Origin: an uncultured Streptococcus sp.
GTDB lineage: Bacteria > Bacillota > Bacilli > Lactobacillales > Streptococcaceae
DNA length: 57,114 bases
Assembly: GCA_965245685.1 (NCBI GenBank)
Contig: CBDFAZ010000001.1
Location: 1 to 57,114 of the forward strand
Reading direction: 5' to 3'
Position 1 is the first letter of the stretch. Each line of letters begins with the position of its first letter. Under the pieces are notes generated by a model that searched no databases, had not been told where the DNA came from, and saw only the letters and a list, made by a program, of their open reading frames with translations. Shown here in pieces: positions 37,955 to 49,384 of the stretch. Made by a program: the position numbers and the translations under genes.

Positions 37955-40708
37955 TTGGAAAATAAACAGACTTTAATTTTTATACAACAGAAAAATCGGA
38001 CAGATGATGTTTTATCAATTAAGCCGGGAATAGAGGGCAAAATTAAGGTGAGGTATACAAATAATAAAGAATATTACTATAACAAAGAAGATGTTGAAGA
38101 ATATCAATTTTTGGAAAAATTACCTGTAGAAAATTATCAATTTAGTCGCTCAGGATATGGCGCCTATAATAATGTTATCTCTGTTGAAAAATACTCATAT
38201 TTAGAAAAAAATAAAATAAAAGTTTGTTTTGAACATGGCAAGAACGTTATTTTAAATCAAGAGAATTTTAAAATTGAACAATCCGCCTTATTTGAAAAAA
38301 AGGCTAATGACGTCTTTGAGTATCTTAAAAAACTTGCCAATTTAAATAATATAAAATCTGATGATGGTAGTTCTCTCTTAGGTAAGAATTATGAAAGAGT
38401 TACTTTTGTTTCACAACAATCTGTCTTACATCGTTTCCTATCAGCATCAAGTACAAAAGCTGAATCGGAATCTAAATCTGATGATCAAAGTCTAATATTT
38501 CCTTTCGGTTGTAATAATAGTCAACTCATTGCGACGGAAAGAGCTTTGAAAAATCAAATTAGCTTCATTGAGGGACCTCCCGGAACAGGAAAAACTCAAA
38601 CAATTTTAAATATTTTGTCGAATATTATTTACAGAAATCAGACAGCTTTAGTGGTGTCAAATAATAATTCTGCAATTGCTAATATTAAAGAAAAATTATC
38701 TCAACCAGAGATAGCTTTAGATTTTTTGACAGCTACGCTGGGCAGTAAAAAAAATAAAGAAAAATTTTTAAAAAATCAATCTTCTCATTATCCTAATTAT
38801 TTACCAGATATTCTTGAAAATAAAGAAAGAAATCTAAAGTTTGAACTGGTTAAAAAAGCTTTTTGGCTAAAAGAAGAAATCGCAAATATAAAATCACAGA
38901 TCTCTTTTATTGAGATAGAATATCAACATTTTCAAGATTACATGTCTGATAAGGATCTCTTTGAAGTAGATTTATCAAAGTTATCTCCAAAAGTTCTTTT
39001 GGATTTATTGTTAGAGTGTGAAAAAATTTTTGAACAAAATAGAAAAATCGGTTTTATATTTAAAATAAAAAGTATTTTTAAATATAAAATAAGGAATTTT
39101 AGTTTTTATAAGCAAAATCCAGATTTTTTAGCTGCAACGATTCAGAAGAAATTCTATGAGACTGAGTTGGAAAAACTTAATAAAAAGTTATCAAAACTCG
39201 AAAATGATTATAAAACGAATTTGGGCGATGAATATATAGCCAATATGATAGAATATTCAAAGTCTATTTTGAAAAGTGCTTTGTTAGAAAAATATATTCC
39301 TTGGGCGCCTCGGAAAGTAAATAATACAGATAACTCTGCAAAGAATAGGCTAAATTTTTCTAAAAAAATTTTAAAAGATTATCCTATAATCTTAAGTACA
39401 ACATTTTCTGCCAGAAACTGTGTAGCTGATTCTATGTTGTACGACTATTTAATTATTGATGAAGCCTCACAAGTCGATATTGCTACAGGAGCATTAGCTT
39501 TATCATGTGCTAAAAATGTAGTAATTGTTGGAGATCTTAAGCAATTACCAAATATTGTTACAAGGGAAGCAAAAGAAAAGTCAGAATGTTTACGAAAGGA
39601 TTTGAAGATAAAACCTGTATATAGCTTTAAAAAGAGCCTTTTGGAAGTAATGGTAGAATTATTTCCTGAAGAGCCTGCTACCTTATTGAAAGAGCATTAT
39701 CGCTGTCATCCTAAAATTATTCAGTTTTGTAATCAAAAATTCTATAATGGGAAATTATGTATTATGACTAAAGATTATGGCGAGAAAGATGTGCTTATTG
39801 CTTGTAAGTCTGTAGCGGGGAATCATGCGCGCCAGCACTCAAATCAGAGAGAAATTGATATCATAAAAAAAGAGGTGATTGATTATTATCTATTAGATAA
39901 TAATACTACAGGAATTATTGCTCCATATCGTAATCAGATTGAGTTGTCTCAAAATCAACTGGAGGAATATATTAGTGAAACTGTACATAAATTTCAAGGT
40001 AGAGAATGTGAAACAATAATCCTTTCTACAGTAGATAATCAAATAACACATTTTACTGATGATCCTCACCTATTGAATGTGGCTGTTTCAAGAGCTAAAA
40101 ATCGACTTATTTTAGTTACTTCTGGTAATAAACAAAAATCAAATATGAATATAACAGATTTAATAGACTATATTGCATATCAAAATTGTGATATCAAAGA
40201 CAGTATGGTTAGATCAGTATTTGATTATCTGTATAAACAATATGAAGAACGTAGACTAAATTATTTTAAAAATCGAATCAAACATTCAAAATATGATTCA
40301 GAAAATTTGATGTTTGAATTACTAAAAGAAATTCTTACTTCATATTCAGAGCTTGACTTTATCACACAGTACCGATTAAAACATTTGATAAAAGATTTTT
40401 CATTGCTGTCATCTGATGAAGCAACATTTGTTAATCAGAGTCGAACCAGTGTAGATTTCATGATATTTAATAAGGTTACAAAAGTTCCAGTTCTAGCAAT
40501 TGAAGTTGATGGAGTTAAGTATCATAATAATCCTGACCAAATGAAGCGAGATTCGATGAAAAATAATATTTTCAAAAATTATCAACTTCCTTTACTAAGG
40601 TTAGCAACAAATGGTAGCGGCGAGGAAGAAAAAATAAGGATTGCTTTGGCTGATTATAAATCAACTGACGAAATCATTCAGTCAAAAGATATGATTAACA
40701 ATATTTAA
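37955..40708 (+). CDS. SF1 (DNA2/NAM7/UPF1-like) helicase with C-terminal DUF2726/Vsr-like nuclease domain
   Basis: [49 protein letters not shown]-terminal VDFMI...LAIEVDG.KYH...RD..KN...LPLLRL. Probable TTG start at 37955 (6 nt after GAGGAG); markedly AT-rich. Confidence 0.88.
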   Translation: MENKQTLIFIQQKNRTDDVLSIKPGIEGKIKVRYTNNKEYYYNKEDVEEYQFLEKLPVENYQFSRSGYGAYNNVISVEKYSYLEKNKIKVCFEHGKNVILNQENFKIEQSALFEKKANDVFEYLKKLANLNNIKSDDGSSLLGKNYERVTFVSQQSVLHRFLSASSTKAESESKSDDQSLIFPFGCNNSQLIATERALKNQISFIEGPPGTGKTQTILNILSNIIYRNQTALVVSNNNSAIANIKEKLSQPEIALDFLTATLGSKKNKEKFLKNQSSHYPNYLPDILENKERNLKFELVKKAFWLKEEIANIKSQISFIEIEYQHFQDYMSDKDLFEVDLSKLSPKVLLDLLLECEKIFEQNRKIGFIFKIKSIFKYKIRNFSFYKQNPDFLAATIQKKFYETELEKLNKKLSKLENDYKTNLGDEYIANMIEYSKSILKSALLEKYIPWAPRKVNNTDNSAKNRLNFSKKILKDYPIILSTTFSARNCVADSMLYDYLIIDEASQVDIATGALALSCAKNVVIVGDLKQLPNIVTREAKEKSECLRKDLKIKPVYSFKKSLLEVMVELFPEEPATLLKEHYRCHPKIIQFCNQKFYNGKLCIMTKDYGEKDVLIACKSVAGNHARQHSNQREIDIIKKEVIDYYLLDNNTTGIIAPYRNQIELSQNQLEEYISETVHKFQGRECETIILSTVDNQITHFTDDPHLLNVAVSRAKNRLILVTSGNKQKSNMNITDLIDYIAYQNCDIKDSMVRSVFDYLYKQYEERRLNYFKNRIKHSKYDSENLMFELLKEILTSYSELDFITQYRLKHLIKDFSLLSSDEATFVNQSRTSVDFMIFNKVTKVPVLAIEVDGVKYHNNPDQMKRDSMKNNIFKNYQLPLLRLATNGSGEEEKIRIALADYKSTDEIIQSKDMINNI

Positions 40709-40740
40709 ATAGTAATAATTCTATATTCGAGGAGGAATTA

Positions 40741-41835
40741 ATGCCTATCACTGGTATTATCGCAGAGTTTAATCCTTTTCATAATGGGCACAAATATCTG
40801 CTGGAGCAGGCTTCTGGTCTGAAAATTATCGCTATGAGCGGCAATTTTGTTCAGCGAGGGGAGCCAGCTATCGTGGACAAGTGGACTCGGGCACAGATGG
40901 CTTTGGAAGCTGGAGCGGATTTGGTCCTTGAGCTGCCTTTCTTGGTCAGCGTTCAGGCGGCAGACTTTTTCGCTAAGGGGGCAGTAGACATCTTAGAGAG
41001 ACTGGGCATTGAGCATCTGACTTTTGGGACCGAGGAAGTGCTGGACTATGAGAGTATCTCTAGAGTCTATGGTCAAAAGGCAGAGCAGATGGGGGCTTAT
41101 CTGGCTGGTTTGCCTGATTCCCTATCCTATCCCCAGAAGACTCAGGCCATGTGGCAGGAGTTTGCAGGGCTCAATTTTTCAGGCTCTACGCCCAATCATA
41201 TTCTAGGATTGGCTTATGCCAAGGCCGTGGCGGGAAAAGATATAAAGCTGTGCCCGATTCAACGTCAGGGGGCTGGCTACCATTCCTTATCAGCTAATCA
41301 GGAATTCGCCTCTGCAACTGCCCTCCGTCAGAAGTTGGATCAGCTAGACTTTCTCAAAAAATATACTCCAGCCTATCACTTGCTTGAAACGGCTCCCAAG
41401 GTGACCTGGTCGGACCTCTTTCCTTATCTCCGTTACCAGATAGTGACCTGTCCGGATTTAACAGACTTTTATCAGGACAATCAGGAGTTGGCCGTCAGGA
41501 TTAGAGTGGCCTTGAAAAGCAGTGAGACCATAGAAGAGCTAGTTGAACAGGTGGCGACCAAACGCTATACCAAGGCTCGGGTCCGGCGTCTGCTGACCTA
41601 TATCCTAGTCGGAGCTAGGCAAGAAGAGCTTCCGTCAGGTGTTCATATTTTAGGCTTTTCCGAGCAGGGGCGCCAGCATTTGTCCCAGCTTAAGGGAAAG
41701 GTTGAATTAGTCAGCCGAATCGGCAAGGAACCTTGGGATAGTCTCACCCAGCAGGCAGACAAGGTCTATCAGCTGGGTAATCCTGAACTTTTAGAGCAGA
41801 ATTTTGGTCGGGTTCCGATTATGAAAGACAAGTAA
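40741..41835 (+). CDS. tmcAL: tRNA(Met) cytidine acetate ligase (YlbM/HIGH nucleotidyltransferase)
   Basis: [31 protein letters not shown] and ASATALR motifs. Confidence 0.9.
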   Translation: MPITGIIAEFNPFHNGHKYLLEQASGLKIIAMSGNFVQRGEPAIVDKWTRAQMALEAGADLVLELPFLVSVQAADFFAKGAVDILERLGIEHLTFGTEEVLDYESISRVYGQKAEQMGAYLAGLPDSLSYPQKTQAMWQEFAGLNFSGSTPNHILGLAYAKAVAGKDIKLCPIQRQGAGYHSLSANQEFASATALRQKLDQLDFLKKYTPAYHLLETAPKVTWSDLFPYLRYQIVTCPDLTDFYQDNQELAVRIRVALKSSETIEELVEQVATKRYTKARVRRLLTYILVGARQEELPSGVHILGFSEQGRQHLSQLKGKVELVSRIGKEPWDSLTQQADKVYQLGNPELLEQNFGRVPIMKDK

Positions 41836-41856
41836 GGCTGAATGTTCAGCCTTTTT
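41834..41856 (+). terminator. Terminator ending the yqe operon
   Basis: AAGGCTGA-ATGT-TCAGCCTT-TTT. Confidence 0.75.
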
Positions 41857-42041
41857 GCTTTGTTTGCGGCGGTAAATAAAAAATGGTATAATAAACAAAT
41901 AAACTTGTTTTCACTAAAGAGCATGATTTGCTTTTTAGCGGTTTGACTGTAGGTATGAAAGCTAGTATTCGGTCAATAAAACATTGCTGGGCTTGATTGA
42001 ATGATTATCTTTCCTATCCATGTCTCAAAGGAGGAAGACTC

Positions 42042-42845
42042 ATGAAAATTCAAAAGATTACCTTTATGGCCCTTACAGCTATACTGACGCTTAGTTTAGG
42101 GGCTTGTAGCTTAATTGGGCAGAAGCATTCTCAAAAGAATCAGGGTGGGACTGAAAATAGCTCCCGTGAGAGCCAAAAGAATACTTCTTCTGACGATATT
42201 GAAGAACTCTTGGAGAAAGCAGAAACTGCGAATGAAGATCTAACTTCAATGAAAATGAAGGTAAAACTATCTATCACTGTAGATGGTTCCAATAAAACTC
42301 AAACGATGAGCGGAGACCTTCTCTATGATAAAAGCACTGATGAATTGGCCAAGGGACATTTAGTAATAGATGGAAAAGAGAGCGGTCAGGAGAGTTATCA
42401 AGAAGCGATTATGCCAGGCGGAGAGGATAAACTTTTGTATACTCGTTCTTCTAAAAATGGAACATGGTCTAAGCAAGAAATGGGAAGTGGGGCAGATTAT
42501 TATGTTCAGCCCGATTATTTCAAACTTATGGATGGCTTTTATCAAATGGCTGATGATGTCACTGTAAAGGAAAGCGGAGATGAATATGTTTTTAAATTAA
42601 GCAGTAAAAATGCTGATTTACTGGGGCTCTTTGGTGAAGAATTCAAACTAGAGCTGTCAGGTGTTACTCAGGCAGATATGGATAAGAAGTTAGAAGTACG
42701 CTTGGATAAAAAGACCTTATTCTTAAAAGACTTTAAGCTAGGTTTATCTTATAAAGGTGAAAAAGGTAGTATGGATGTTCAAACAGATACTCATTATTCT
42801 GACTGGAACACTATAGATGAAGATGAGATAAAAGCACCTCAGTAA
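42042..42845 (+). CDS. Lipoprotein, LppX/LolA-like beta fold (possibly DUF6612)
   Basis: Lipobox LGAC; ends YSDWNTIDEDEIKAP, typical of this family; GGAGG SD. Confidence 0.7.
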   Translation: MKIQKITFMALTAILTLSLGACSLIGQKHSQKNQGGTENSSRESQKNTSSDDIEELLEKAETANEDLTSMKMKVKLSITVDGSNKTQTMSGDLLYDKSTDELAKGHLVIDGKESGQESYQEAIMPGGEDKLLYTRSSKNGTWSKQEMGSGADYYVQPDYFKLMDGFYQMADDVTVKESGDEYVFKLSSKNADLLGLFGEEFKLELSGVTQADMDKKLEVRLDKKTLFLKDFKLGLSYKGEKGSMDVQTDTHYSDWNTIDEDEIKAPQ

Positions 42846-42897
42846 AGCATTGACAGAATAGCTTCTAAACTATTAGCTGAGAAAGAAAGGAAAAGTC

Positions 42898-43452
42898 ATG
42901 CCTTTATTGTTTGCTTTTCGCTACCGTAGAGGATTCTATTTGACCATAGTAATCTTGACCTCTGTCTTCTTAGTCTCAGGCATCATTTTCGGTGCTTTAG
43001 CTTCCTTGCTCTTGTTTTCAATTGATAAAGCCATGCCTGGATCAGGAATTATTTCATTCGGTTTGCCTTCTTTCCTTACCTTTCTCTTAGCCAGTCTACT
43101 TGAAATTTTTATAATTGTCCATGCGGGACGAAAGCTGAGTAAAAAGTGCTTTGTTCTTGCGGGAACAGAATGGGGCTTGACCGTGCGAGGTGCTTTTTTG
43201 AAAGAGCATAGCTTTGCTTGGAGTCAGCTGGAAAGTGTCTTTTACCGGCCAGCTTGGGGAAGAACTTCTGATGGGCAGGCTTCTTTTCGACTGGGAGTCA
43301 GGTACTATCGGAGAGACTACCTATATGTCAAGCCTTATCATGGCAAGTCTGTTCGAGTAGATGTCACTTTTTTAGATGGCAGAATAGAGGATGTTTTTGC
43401 CTGTTTAAGCAGGTGCAAACCGGATTTGCCTATTGTGAAAAATTATCAGTAA
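42898..43452 (+). CDS. Hypothetical membrane protein (2 TM plus PH-like beta domain)
   Basis: Two hydrophobic helices followed by a beta-rich soluble part; AAGGA SD. Confidence 0.7.
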   Translation: MPLLFAFRYRRGFYLTIVILTSVFLVSGIIFGALASLLLFSIDKAMPGSGIISFGLPSFLTFLLASLLEIFIIVHAGRKLSKKCFVLAGTEWGLTVRGAFLKEHSFAWSQLESVFYRPAWGRTSDGQASFRLGVRYYRRDYLYVKPYHGKSVRVDVTFLDGRIEDVFACLSRCKPDLPIVKNYQ

Positions 43453-43720
43453 TATTTTTGATGGATTTCGGTAAAGGTCCGCTATGACAGACCTGCCGGA
43501 TTCGGGAAATAGAATTTATCGTCCAGTTGCTCTTTTAGCGACTGGATTTTTTATGGAATTGAAAACAGAAATCAAATTTGTCTCGATTTCAGCCCAGCAG
43601 AAGTTGAAGAATACAACCAGAATCTTCTAGAAGCTATCATTTTTTCTTAGTGATTTTTCTGATTCCCTGTGTTATAATAAGAAAGATTAAAAATGTAATT
43701 TATCAAAAGGAGAATCTCCA

Positions 43721-44437
43721 ATGGGACGTAAATGGGCCAATATTGTGGCAAAGAAAACAGCCAAAGACGGCGCAAACTCAAAAGTATATGCTAAGTTTGG
43801 TGTGGAAATCTATGTAGCTGCTAAAAAGGGTGATCCAGATCCAGAGTCTAACACAGCTTTGAAATTCGTTATCGACCGAGCTAAGCAGGCTCAGGTGCCG
43901 AAGCATGTCATTGACAAGGCTATCGATAAGGCAAAAGGAAACACTGACGAAACATTTACTGAAGGCCGCTATGAAGGATTTGGGCCAAGCGGTTCTATGC
44001 TGATTGTCGATACTCTGACTTCAAATGTCAATCGGACTGCAGCCAATGTCCGTGCTGCTTTTGGTAAAAATGGCGGCAATATGGGAGCTAGCGGCTCGGT
44101 ATCTTATCTTTTTGATAATAAAGGTGTGATTGTCTTTGCGGGTGACGTCGCTGACAGCGTCTTTGAACAGCTGCTGGTAGCAGATGTAGATGTAGATGAT
44201 GTTGAAGCAGAAGAAGGCAGCATCACTGTCTATACAGCGCCAACGGACCTTCACAAGGCCATCGTGGCTCTGCGCGAGTCTGGCATCCAAGAGTTCCAAG
44301 TAACTGAGCTTGAAATGATTCCTCAGTCTGAAGTAGAGTTGACCGGCGAAGACCTCGAAACCTTTGAAAAACTTTATAGCGTTTTAGAAGACGACGAAGA
44401 TGTCCAAAAAATCTATACGAATGTAGATGGATTCTAA
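43721..44437 (+). CDS. YebC/PmpR family protein
   Basis: MGRKWANI...YEGFGP...TSNVNRT...[11 protein letters not shown]. Confidence 0.95.
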   Translation: MGRKWANIVAKKTAKDGANSKVYAKFGVEIYVAAKKGDPDPESNTALKFVIDRAKQAQVPKHVIDKAIDKAKGNTDETFTEGRYEGFGPSGSMLIVDTLTSNVNRTAANVRAAFGKNGGNMGASGSVSYLFDNKGVIVFAGDVADSVFEQLLVADVDVDDVEAEEGSITVYTAPTDLHKAIVALRESGIQEFQVTELEMIPQSEVELTGEDLETFEKLYSVLEDDEDVQKIYTNVDGF

Positions 44438-44445
44438 AGATACTT

Positions 44446-44473
44446 GACCTGTAGTTGGAGCTACAGGTTTTTT
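44446..44473 (+). terminator. Terminator after yebC
   Basis: GACCTGTAG-TTGGAG-CTACAGGTT-TTTT. Confidence 0.8.
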
Positions 44474-44561
44474 ATATGATAATAACTTTCAGACTGTGTT
44501 TACCAGTCAAGATAAGTATGGTAGAATAGAAAGGTCATATTATTAAGTTATTAAGGAGACA

Positions 44562-45668
44562 ATGATGAAAAAAGTATTTCAATACGCGACCTTGCTTCTA
44601 GCAGGAATGAGCTTAACAGCCTGTGCCTTGCTTCCGACTTCAAATCAGGATATTCCAAGTAAGCAAAGTCAGGAGAAGAAGGACAAGAAAGCAGCCAGCA
44701 ATGGGCAAGTAGAGGTCAAGATTAAGGAAGGCCAGTTTATTTTGCCAAGCAATGGGGCCGCTGATTCAAAATACTTAGCTTTGTCATTGGAAATTAAGAA
44801 TAAAACGGATGAAAAAATCATGATTTCCTCTTCAGACATTGGCTTTTATGATTCAGAAGGTGAGAAAATCCAGCCGGTCGGAGTTTATGATGATGCAGAA
44901 AACTTTAAAATACTGAAATATGAAGATTTAGCTAAGGGAAAGACTCTTTCTGGTTATCTTGTATTTAAGGTTGAAAAGGATAAAAAATATGAACTGCACT
45001 ATGAGAAGAAAACTTATGATGCTGATGAGAAAACAGAAGAAATCAAGCTAAATGTTGATCCTTCGAGCTATCCTGATCAAATCGAAGAGTCAAAGAAACT
45101 AGCTTCTGATTATCTGAATGCCGTTTTCTTGGGTGGAGACGCCAAAAGCAAAGACAAGGCAAAGTCATCCAAGGGCAAGGAAGATTTTGTCTTGGGCGGT
45201 GATTTGGAGCAAGATAAAAATGACTTTAGAGCAGCTTTTGCTGAAGACTTCAAACGTAAATTGCATGACTATCCCTTTACTGATAAGGAAGTCAATGCCT
45301 TTATCGATGCCTATGTGGAAAATAATGCAAAACGATCCGAAATTTCTTATACAGTAGCCCAGTACATGCCGAACGAGATAGTGATCAAGATTAAACCGAG
45401 AACGGTCAGTCTAAGCAAAACCATCCTGAACTACAGTAAAGAGTTTTCTGACAAGCATCGTTCTGAGTATGCGAATCTTTCGGAATTCTATAAAGCACAA
45501 GATAAGAATTATGCTGATGACATGATGGCTGGATTGGACTCACGTCCGCTTCTCACCCCAGAACGAGATTATCAGTTGAAATTTGTCAAGACAGATGGCA
45601 AGTGGGTCTTGGAGCGTGATTTTTCTTATGAATCCATTGTCATCTCCTTCGAAGGTGATATCTCATAA
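44562..45668 (+). CDS. Lipoprotein with DUF4352-like Ig domain and a C-terminal (possibly DUF5105) domain
   Basis: Lipobox LTAC; LEIKNKTDEKI...LAKGKTLSGYLVF pattern. Confidence 0.7.
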   Translation: MMKKVFQYATLLLAGMSLTACALLPTSNQDIPSKQSQEKKDKKAASNGQVEVKIKEGQFILPSNGAADSKYLALSLEIKNKTDEKIMISSSDIGFYDSEGEKIQPVGVYDDAENFKILKYEDLAKGKTLSGYLVFKVEKDKKYELHYEKKTYDADEKTEEIKLNVDPSSYPDQIEESKKLASDYLNAVFLGGDAKSKDKAKSSKGKEDFVLGGDLEQDKNDFRAAFAEDFKRKLHDYPFTDKEVNAFIDAYVENNAKRSEISYTVAQYMPNEIVIKIKPRTVSLSKTILNYSKEFSDKHRSEYANLSEFYKAQDKNYADDMMAGLDSRPLLTPERDYQLKFVKTDGKWVLERDFSYESIVISFEGDIS

Positions 45669-45780
45669 TACAAAAAATAGAGGGCTGATTATTGATTATT
45701 TGCTCTCTATTTTTGTGTCCGCGTCCAGCTTTGTGCTATACTGGATGGTAGATAGGTGTATTCGAGTAAAGGAGTCGGCC

Positions 45781-46926
45781 ATGAAAAAATTTTATGATAA
45801 ACTGATGCAAACGCGGCATTATCTTCATCAGCATCCAGAGCTGTCTGGGCAGGAATTTGAAACGACAGCTTTTCTAAAAGGCTATTTGGAAGATTTGGAG
45901 ATTAGGATTTTAGAATCCGGTCTGAAAACCGGCCTAGTTGCCGAGGTTGGTTCTGGCAAGCCTGTTATCGCCCTGAGAGCAGATATCGATGCTCTGCCTA
46001 TTTTGGAGCAGACAGGTCTGCCGTACGCCAGTCAGAATTCAGGCGCCATGCACGCTTGCGGCCATGATTTTCATCAGACCAGCCTTTTGGGGGCAGCAGA
46101 GCTGCTCAAGGCTATGGAAGGTGATTTGAGAGGAACGGTTCGTTTGATTTTTCAGCCGGCTGAGGAAACTTCTCAGGGAGCCAGCCGGGTTCTTGCGACT
46201 GGCCTGTTGGACGATGTGTCTGCTATTATCGGCTTTCACAATATGCCCCAGCTGAAGGCGGGACAGCTGGCACTTAAAGCTGGAGCCATGATGGCTGGGG
46301 TTGAGAAGTTCAAGGTTGAGGTAGAAGGAGTCAGCAGCCATGCGGCTAGACCGGATTTGGGTGTTGATACAGTATTGGCCTTGACCAGTATGATTCAAAA
46401 CCTGCAGGCTCTAGTGGCCCGTACAGTGTCTCCTTTTGAAGCGGCTGTCTTATCTGTGACTCATATCGAAGCAGGAGCGACCTGGAATGTACTGCCGCAG
46501 TCGGGCTTTTTTGAAGGGACCATTCGCAGCTTCAATCCGACCTTGCAGCAGCGTCTCAAGGAAGACTTTATCCGAATTGTAGAGAATACAGCGGAGAATT
46601 TTGGAGCTCAGGTCAGGATTTCTTGGGACCATACACCGCCAGTGACCTATAATGATCCTGAATTGGCCGATCTGCTTTATGAGCACTCACAGAATCTGGC
46701 TGAGGTCCTACCTGCCAGTCCATCCTCGGCTGGAGAAGATTTTGCCTTTTATCAGGAGAAGCTTCCAGGCGTCTTTGCCTTTATCGGCTCAAATGGGGCG
46801 GAAAATGCTCCTGACCTCCATCATGACAGTATGGTCATTGATGACGAAGCCTTCAAAGTCTCCGTTCCTTACTATGTGGAAAGTGCCCTCTTTCTCCTGC
46901 AGCACTACAGGCAGAAAGTCGAGTAA
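45781..46926 (+). CDS. M20D amidohydrolase (HipO/aminoacylase-like)
   Basis: HQHPELSGQE, LRADIDALP, MHACGHD, FQPAEE and GEDF motifs; start ATG 45781 after AAGGAG. Confidence 0.92.
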   Translation: MKKFYDKLMQTRHYLHQHPELSGQEFETTAFLKGYLEDLEIRILESGLKTGLVAEVGSGKPVIALRADIDALPILEQTGLPYASQNSGAMHACGHDFHQTSLLGAAELLKAMEGDLRGTVRLIFQPAEETSQGASRVLATGLLDDVSAIIGFHNMPQLKAGQLALKAGAMMAGVEKFKVEVEGVSSHAARPDLGVDTVLALTSMIQNLQALVARTVSPFEAAVLSVTHIEAGATWNVLPQSGFFEGTIRSFNPTLQQRLKEDFIRIVENTAENFGAQVRISWDHTPPVTYNDPELADLLYEHSQNLAEVLPASPSSAGEDFAFYQEKLPGVFAFIGSNGAENAPDLHHDSMVIDDEAFKVSVPYYVESALFLLQHYRQKVE

Positions 46927-46942
46927 ATGACTGCTTCAAAGC

Positions 46943-47010
46943 TGATAAAGAAAAGCTATCACCTCCATAAAAAATATATAATGGTCAAGCTTCTTCTTAT
47001 TTGATATGAT
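46943..47010 (+). promoter_or_regulatory. CysR/CmbR (LysR-type) box and extended -10 upstream of gshT
   Basis: TGATA-N9-TATCA at 46943-46961; TG-A-TATGAT at 47002-47010. Confidence 0.7.
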
Positions 47011-47041
47011 AAAGAAAGACTTTTTAGGAGGAATTCGAAAT

Positions 47042-47869
47042 ATGAACCTGAAGAAAACCTTGAAATACTTCTCTCTGGCAGCTGTGAGTGTCTTGGCCAT
47101 TGGTGCCTTGGTGGCTTGCTCATCATCAAGTGAGAAGAAAACAGAGAAAACAAAGGTAGAAGTCGGAACAGTGGGAACGACCAAACCATTTTCATACGAG
47201 GATAAAGACGGTAAACTGACTGGCTATGATATCGAAGTCCTTCGTGCTATCTTTAAGGACTCAGACAAGTATGAAGTCAATTTCAATAAGACCAAGTGGG
47301 CTTCTATTTTCTCAGGTTTGGACAGCGACCGCTACCAGATCGGTGCCAATAATATCAGCTATTCCGAAGAACGGGCTAACAAATATCTCTATGCTAGTCC
47401 ATATGCGAAAAATCCAACAGTTTTAGTTGTCCGTAAGGGTGAAGGCATCAAATCGCTGGATGACATTGGCGGCAAGTCTACTGAGGTTGTTCAGGGGACT
47501 TCAACAGCTCAGCAACTAGAGGACTACAACAAGGAGCATAGTGATAAACCGACAAAAATCAATTATACGGACGGAACCATTCAGCAAATCTTGGCCAATC
47601 TCAATGACGGCCGTACGGACTATAAGATTTTTGAGCGCATAACTGTAGAGTCTATTATCAAAGACCAAGACTTGAAAAATCTGGAAGTGATTGAACTTCC
47701 AAGCGACCAGCAGCCTTATGTCTATCCGATTATTGCAAGCGGTCAGGAAGACTTGCAAAAATTTGTCAACAAGCGAATCAAAGAACTCTATGAGGATGGT
47801 ACGCTTGAAAAGCTATCTCAAGAATTCTTTGGCGGCTCTTACCTGCCAGATGCAAAAGATATCAAGTAA
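47042..47869 (+). CDS. gshT: Polar amino-acid ABC substrate-binding lipoprotein, GshT (glutathione/cystine)-like
   Basis: Lipobox [28 protein letters not shown] and [13 protein letters not shown] recalled as near-identical to streptococcal GshT; CysR-type box upstream. Confidence 0.75.
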   Translation: MNLKKTLKYFSLAAVSVLAIGALVACSSSSEKKTEKTKVEVGTVGTTKPFSYEDKDGKLTGYDIEVLRAIFKDSDKYEVNFNKTKWASIFSGLDSDRYQIGANNISYSEERANKYLYASPYAKNPTVLVVRKGEGIKSLDDIGGKSTEVVQGTSTAQQLEDYNKEHSDKPTKINYTDGTIQQILANLNDGRTDYKIFERITVESIIKDQDLKNLEVIELPSDQQPYVYPIIASGQEDLQKFVNKRIKELYEDGTLEKLSQEFFGGSYLPDAKDIK

Positions 47870-47985
47870 GAAATCCCATCAAGTTCGGTTTGCATTTGGC
47901 TGACTAGACTTTGATACAAGAAATACGATAAGGGCGGGGAAGCTTATTTCCCCAGCCCTTTATCTGCTGTTAATAGGAGTAACGC

Positions 47986-49368
47986 ATGCCTTTCTCAACT
48001 GAGACTGAACAAATCAAGAAATTTGAAAACGACGAGGTAGCCCAGCACTATTTTGAAGTGCTACGGACCTTGATCTCTAAAAAATCGATCTTTGCCCAGC
48101 AGGTTGGCTTGCAGGAAGTAGCCAACTATTTGGGAGAGATTTTTACAGCTGCAGGTGCCAAGGTCATGATTGACGACAGCTATACTGCTCCATTTATTTT
48201 GGCGGAGTTTCGTTCTTCAAATCCTGCTGCTAAGACCATTATTTTCTACAACCACTACGATACAGTGCCGGCAGATGATGACCAGCCTTGGACCAATGAT
48301 CCTTTTACATTGTCAGTTCATTACGGAGTTATGTATGGGCGAGGAGTGGATGATGACAAGGGGCACATTACTGCTCGTCTGACAGCCGTTCGCAAGTATA
48401 TTCGAGAGCACGGTGATTTGCCAGTCAATATCATCTTTATGATGGAAGGGGCAGAAGAGTCCGCTTCGACAGACTTGGATAAATATTTGGCCAAGCATCG
48501 CAAACGCCTGCGAGGAGCGGATTTGCTGGTCTGGGAGCAAGGTAGTCGCAATAATCTAGGACAGCTGGAAATCTCAGGCGGTAACAAGGGGATTGTTACC
48601 TTTGACATGACGGTCAAAAGTGCAGATGTAGACATTCATTCCAGCTTCGGTGGCGTTATCAATTCCGCTTCCTGGTATTTGCTCAATGCTTTATCCAGCT
48701 TGCGCAGTCCAGACGGCCGCATCTTAGTTGAAGGCATCTATGAGCAGGTTCAAGAGCCTAATGAACGGGAGATGGCCCTAATTGAGGAATATGCCCTGCG
48801 GACTCCTGAAGAGTTGAGTCAAGTCTATGGCTTGAAATTACCGGTTTTGCTGGACGAGCGGAAGGAATTTCTCCGTCGCTTTTACTTTGAACCTTCGCTG
48901 AATATTGAAGGCTTCGGATCAGGTTATCAAGGCCAAGGGGTTAAAACCATTTTACCTTCAGATGCCCAGGCTAAGATGGAGGTTCGTCTGGTGCCTGGTC
49001 TGGAGCCAGAGGATGTGTTAGACAAGATTCGTCAGCAGCTGGATAAAAATGGCTATCCGGCAGTTGAGCTGACCTATACCTTGGGAGAAATGAGCTATCG
49101 CAGCGACATGAGCGCACCTTCCATTCTCAATCTTATCGAGCTGGCTAAAGATTATTACCAAGAGGGCATCTCTGTTCTGCCGACCTCAGCTGGAACTGGT
49201 CCGATGCACACGGTTTATGAAGCCTTGGAGGTTCCTATGGCGGCTTTTGGACTTGGCAATGCCAATAGCCGAGACCATGGCGGAGATGAGAATGTGAAGA
49301 TTGCTGATTATTATACGCATATAGAGCTCATTCAGGAGCTGATTGGCAGTTATCGTCGAGTTGACTAG
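47986..49368 (+). CDS. M20/M25/M40 family dipeptidase (DapE/ArgE-like)
   Basis: YNHYDTVP, GRGVDDDKG, EGAEE and HGGDEN motifs. Confidence 0.9.
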   Translation: MPFSTETEQIKKFENDEVAQHYFEVLRTLISKKSIFAQQVGLQEVANYLGEIFTAAGAKVMIDDSYTAPFILAEFRSSNPAAKTIIFYNHYDTVPADDDQPWTNDPFTLSVHYGVMYGRGVDDDKGHITARLTAVRKYIREHGDLPVNIIFMMEGAEESASTDLDKYLAKHRKRLRGADLLVWEQGSRNNLGQLEISGGNKGIVTFDMTVKSADVDIHSSFGGVINSASWYLLNALSSLRSPDGRILVEGIYEQVQEPNEREMALIEEYALRTPEELSQVYGLKLPVLLDERKEFLRRFYFEPSLNIEGFGSGYQGQGVKTILPSDAQAKMEVRLVPGLEPEDVLDKIRQQLDKNGYPAVELTYTLGEMSYRSDMSAPSILNLIELAKDYYQEGISVLPTSAGTGPMHTVYEALEVPMAAFGLGNANSRDHGGDENVKIADYYTHIELIQELIGSYRRVD

Positions 49369-49384
49369 CGGGAAAGGAAGGCTT

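Noticed and set aside
45583..45780. Upstream extensions in the ORF track (amidohydrolase; also usp, ackA, EamA, DUF4299, LPXTG)
   Set aside because: Better SD-supported downstream starts exist; the extensions overlap promoters or terminators.
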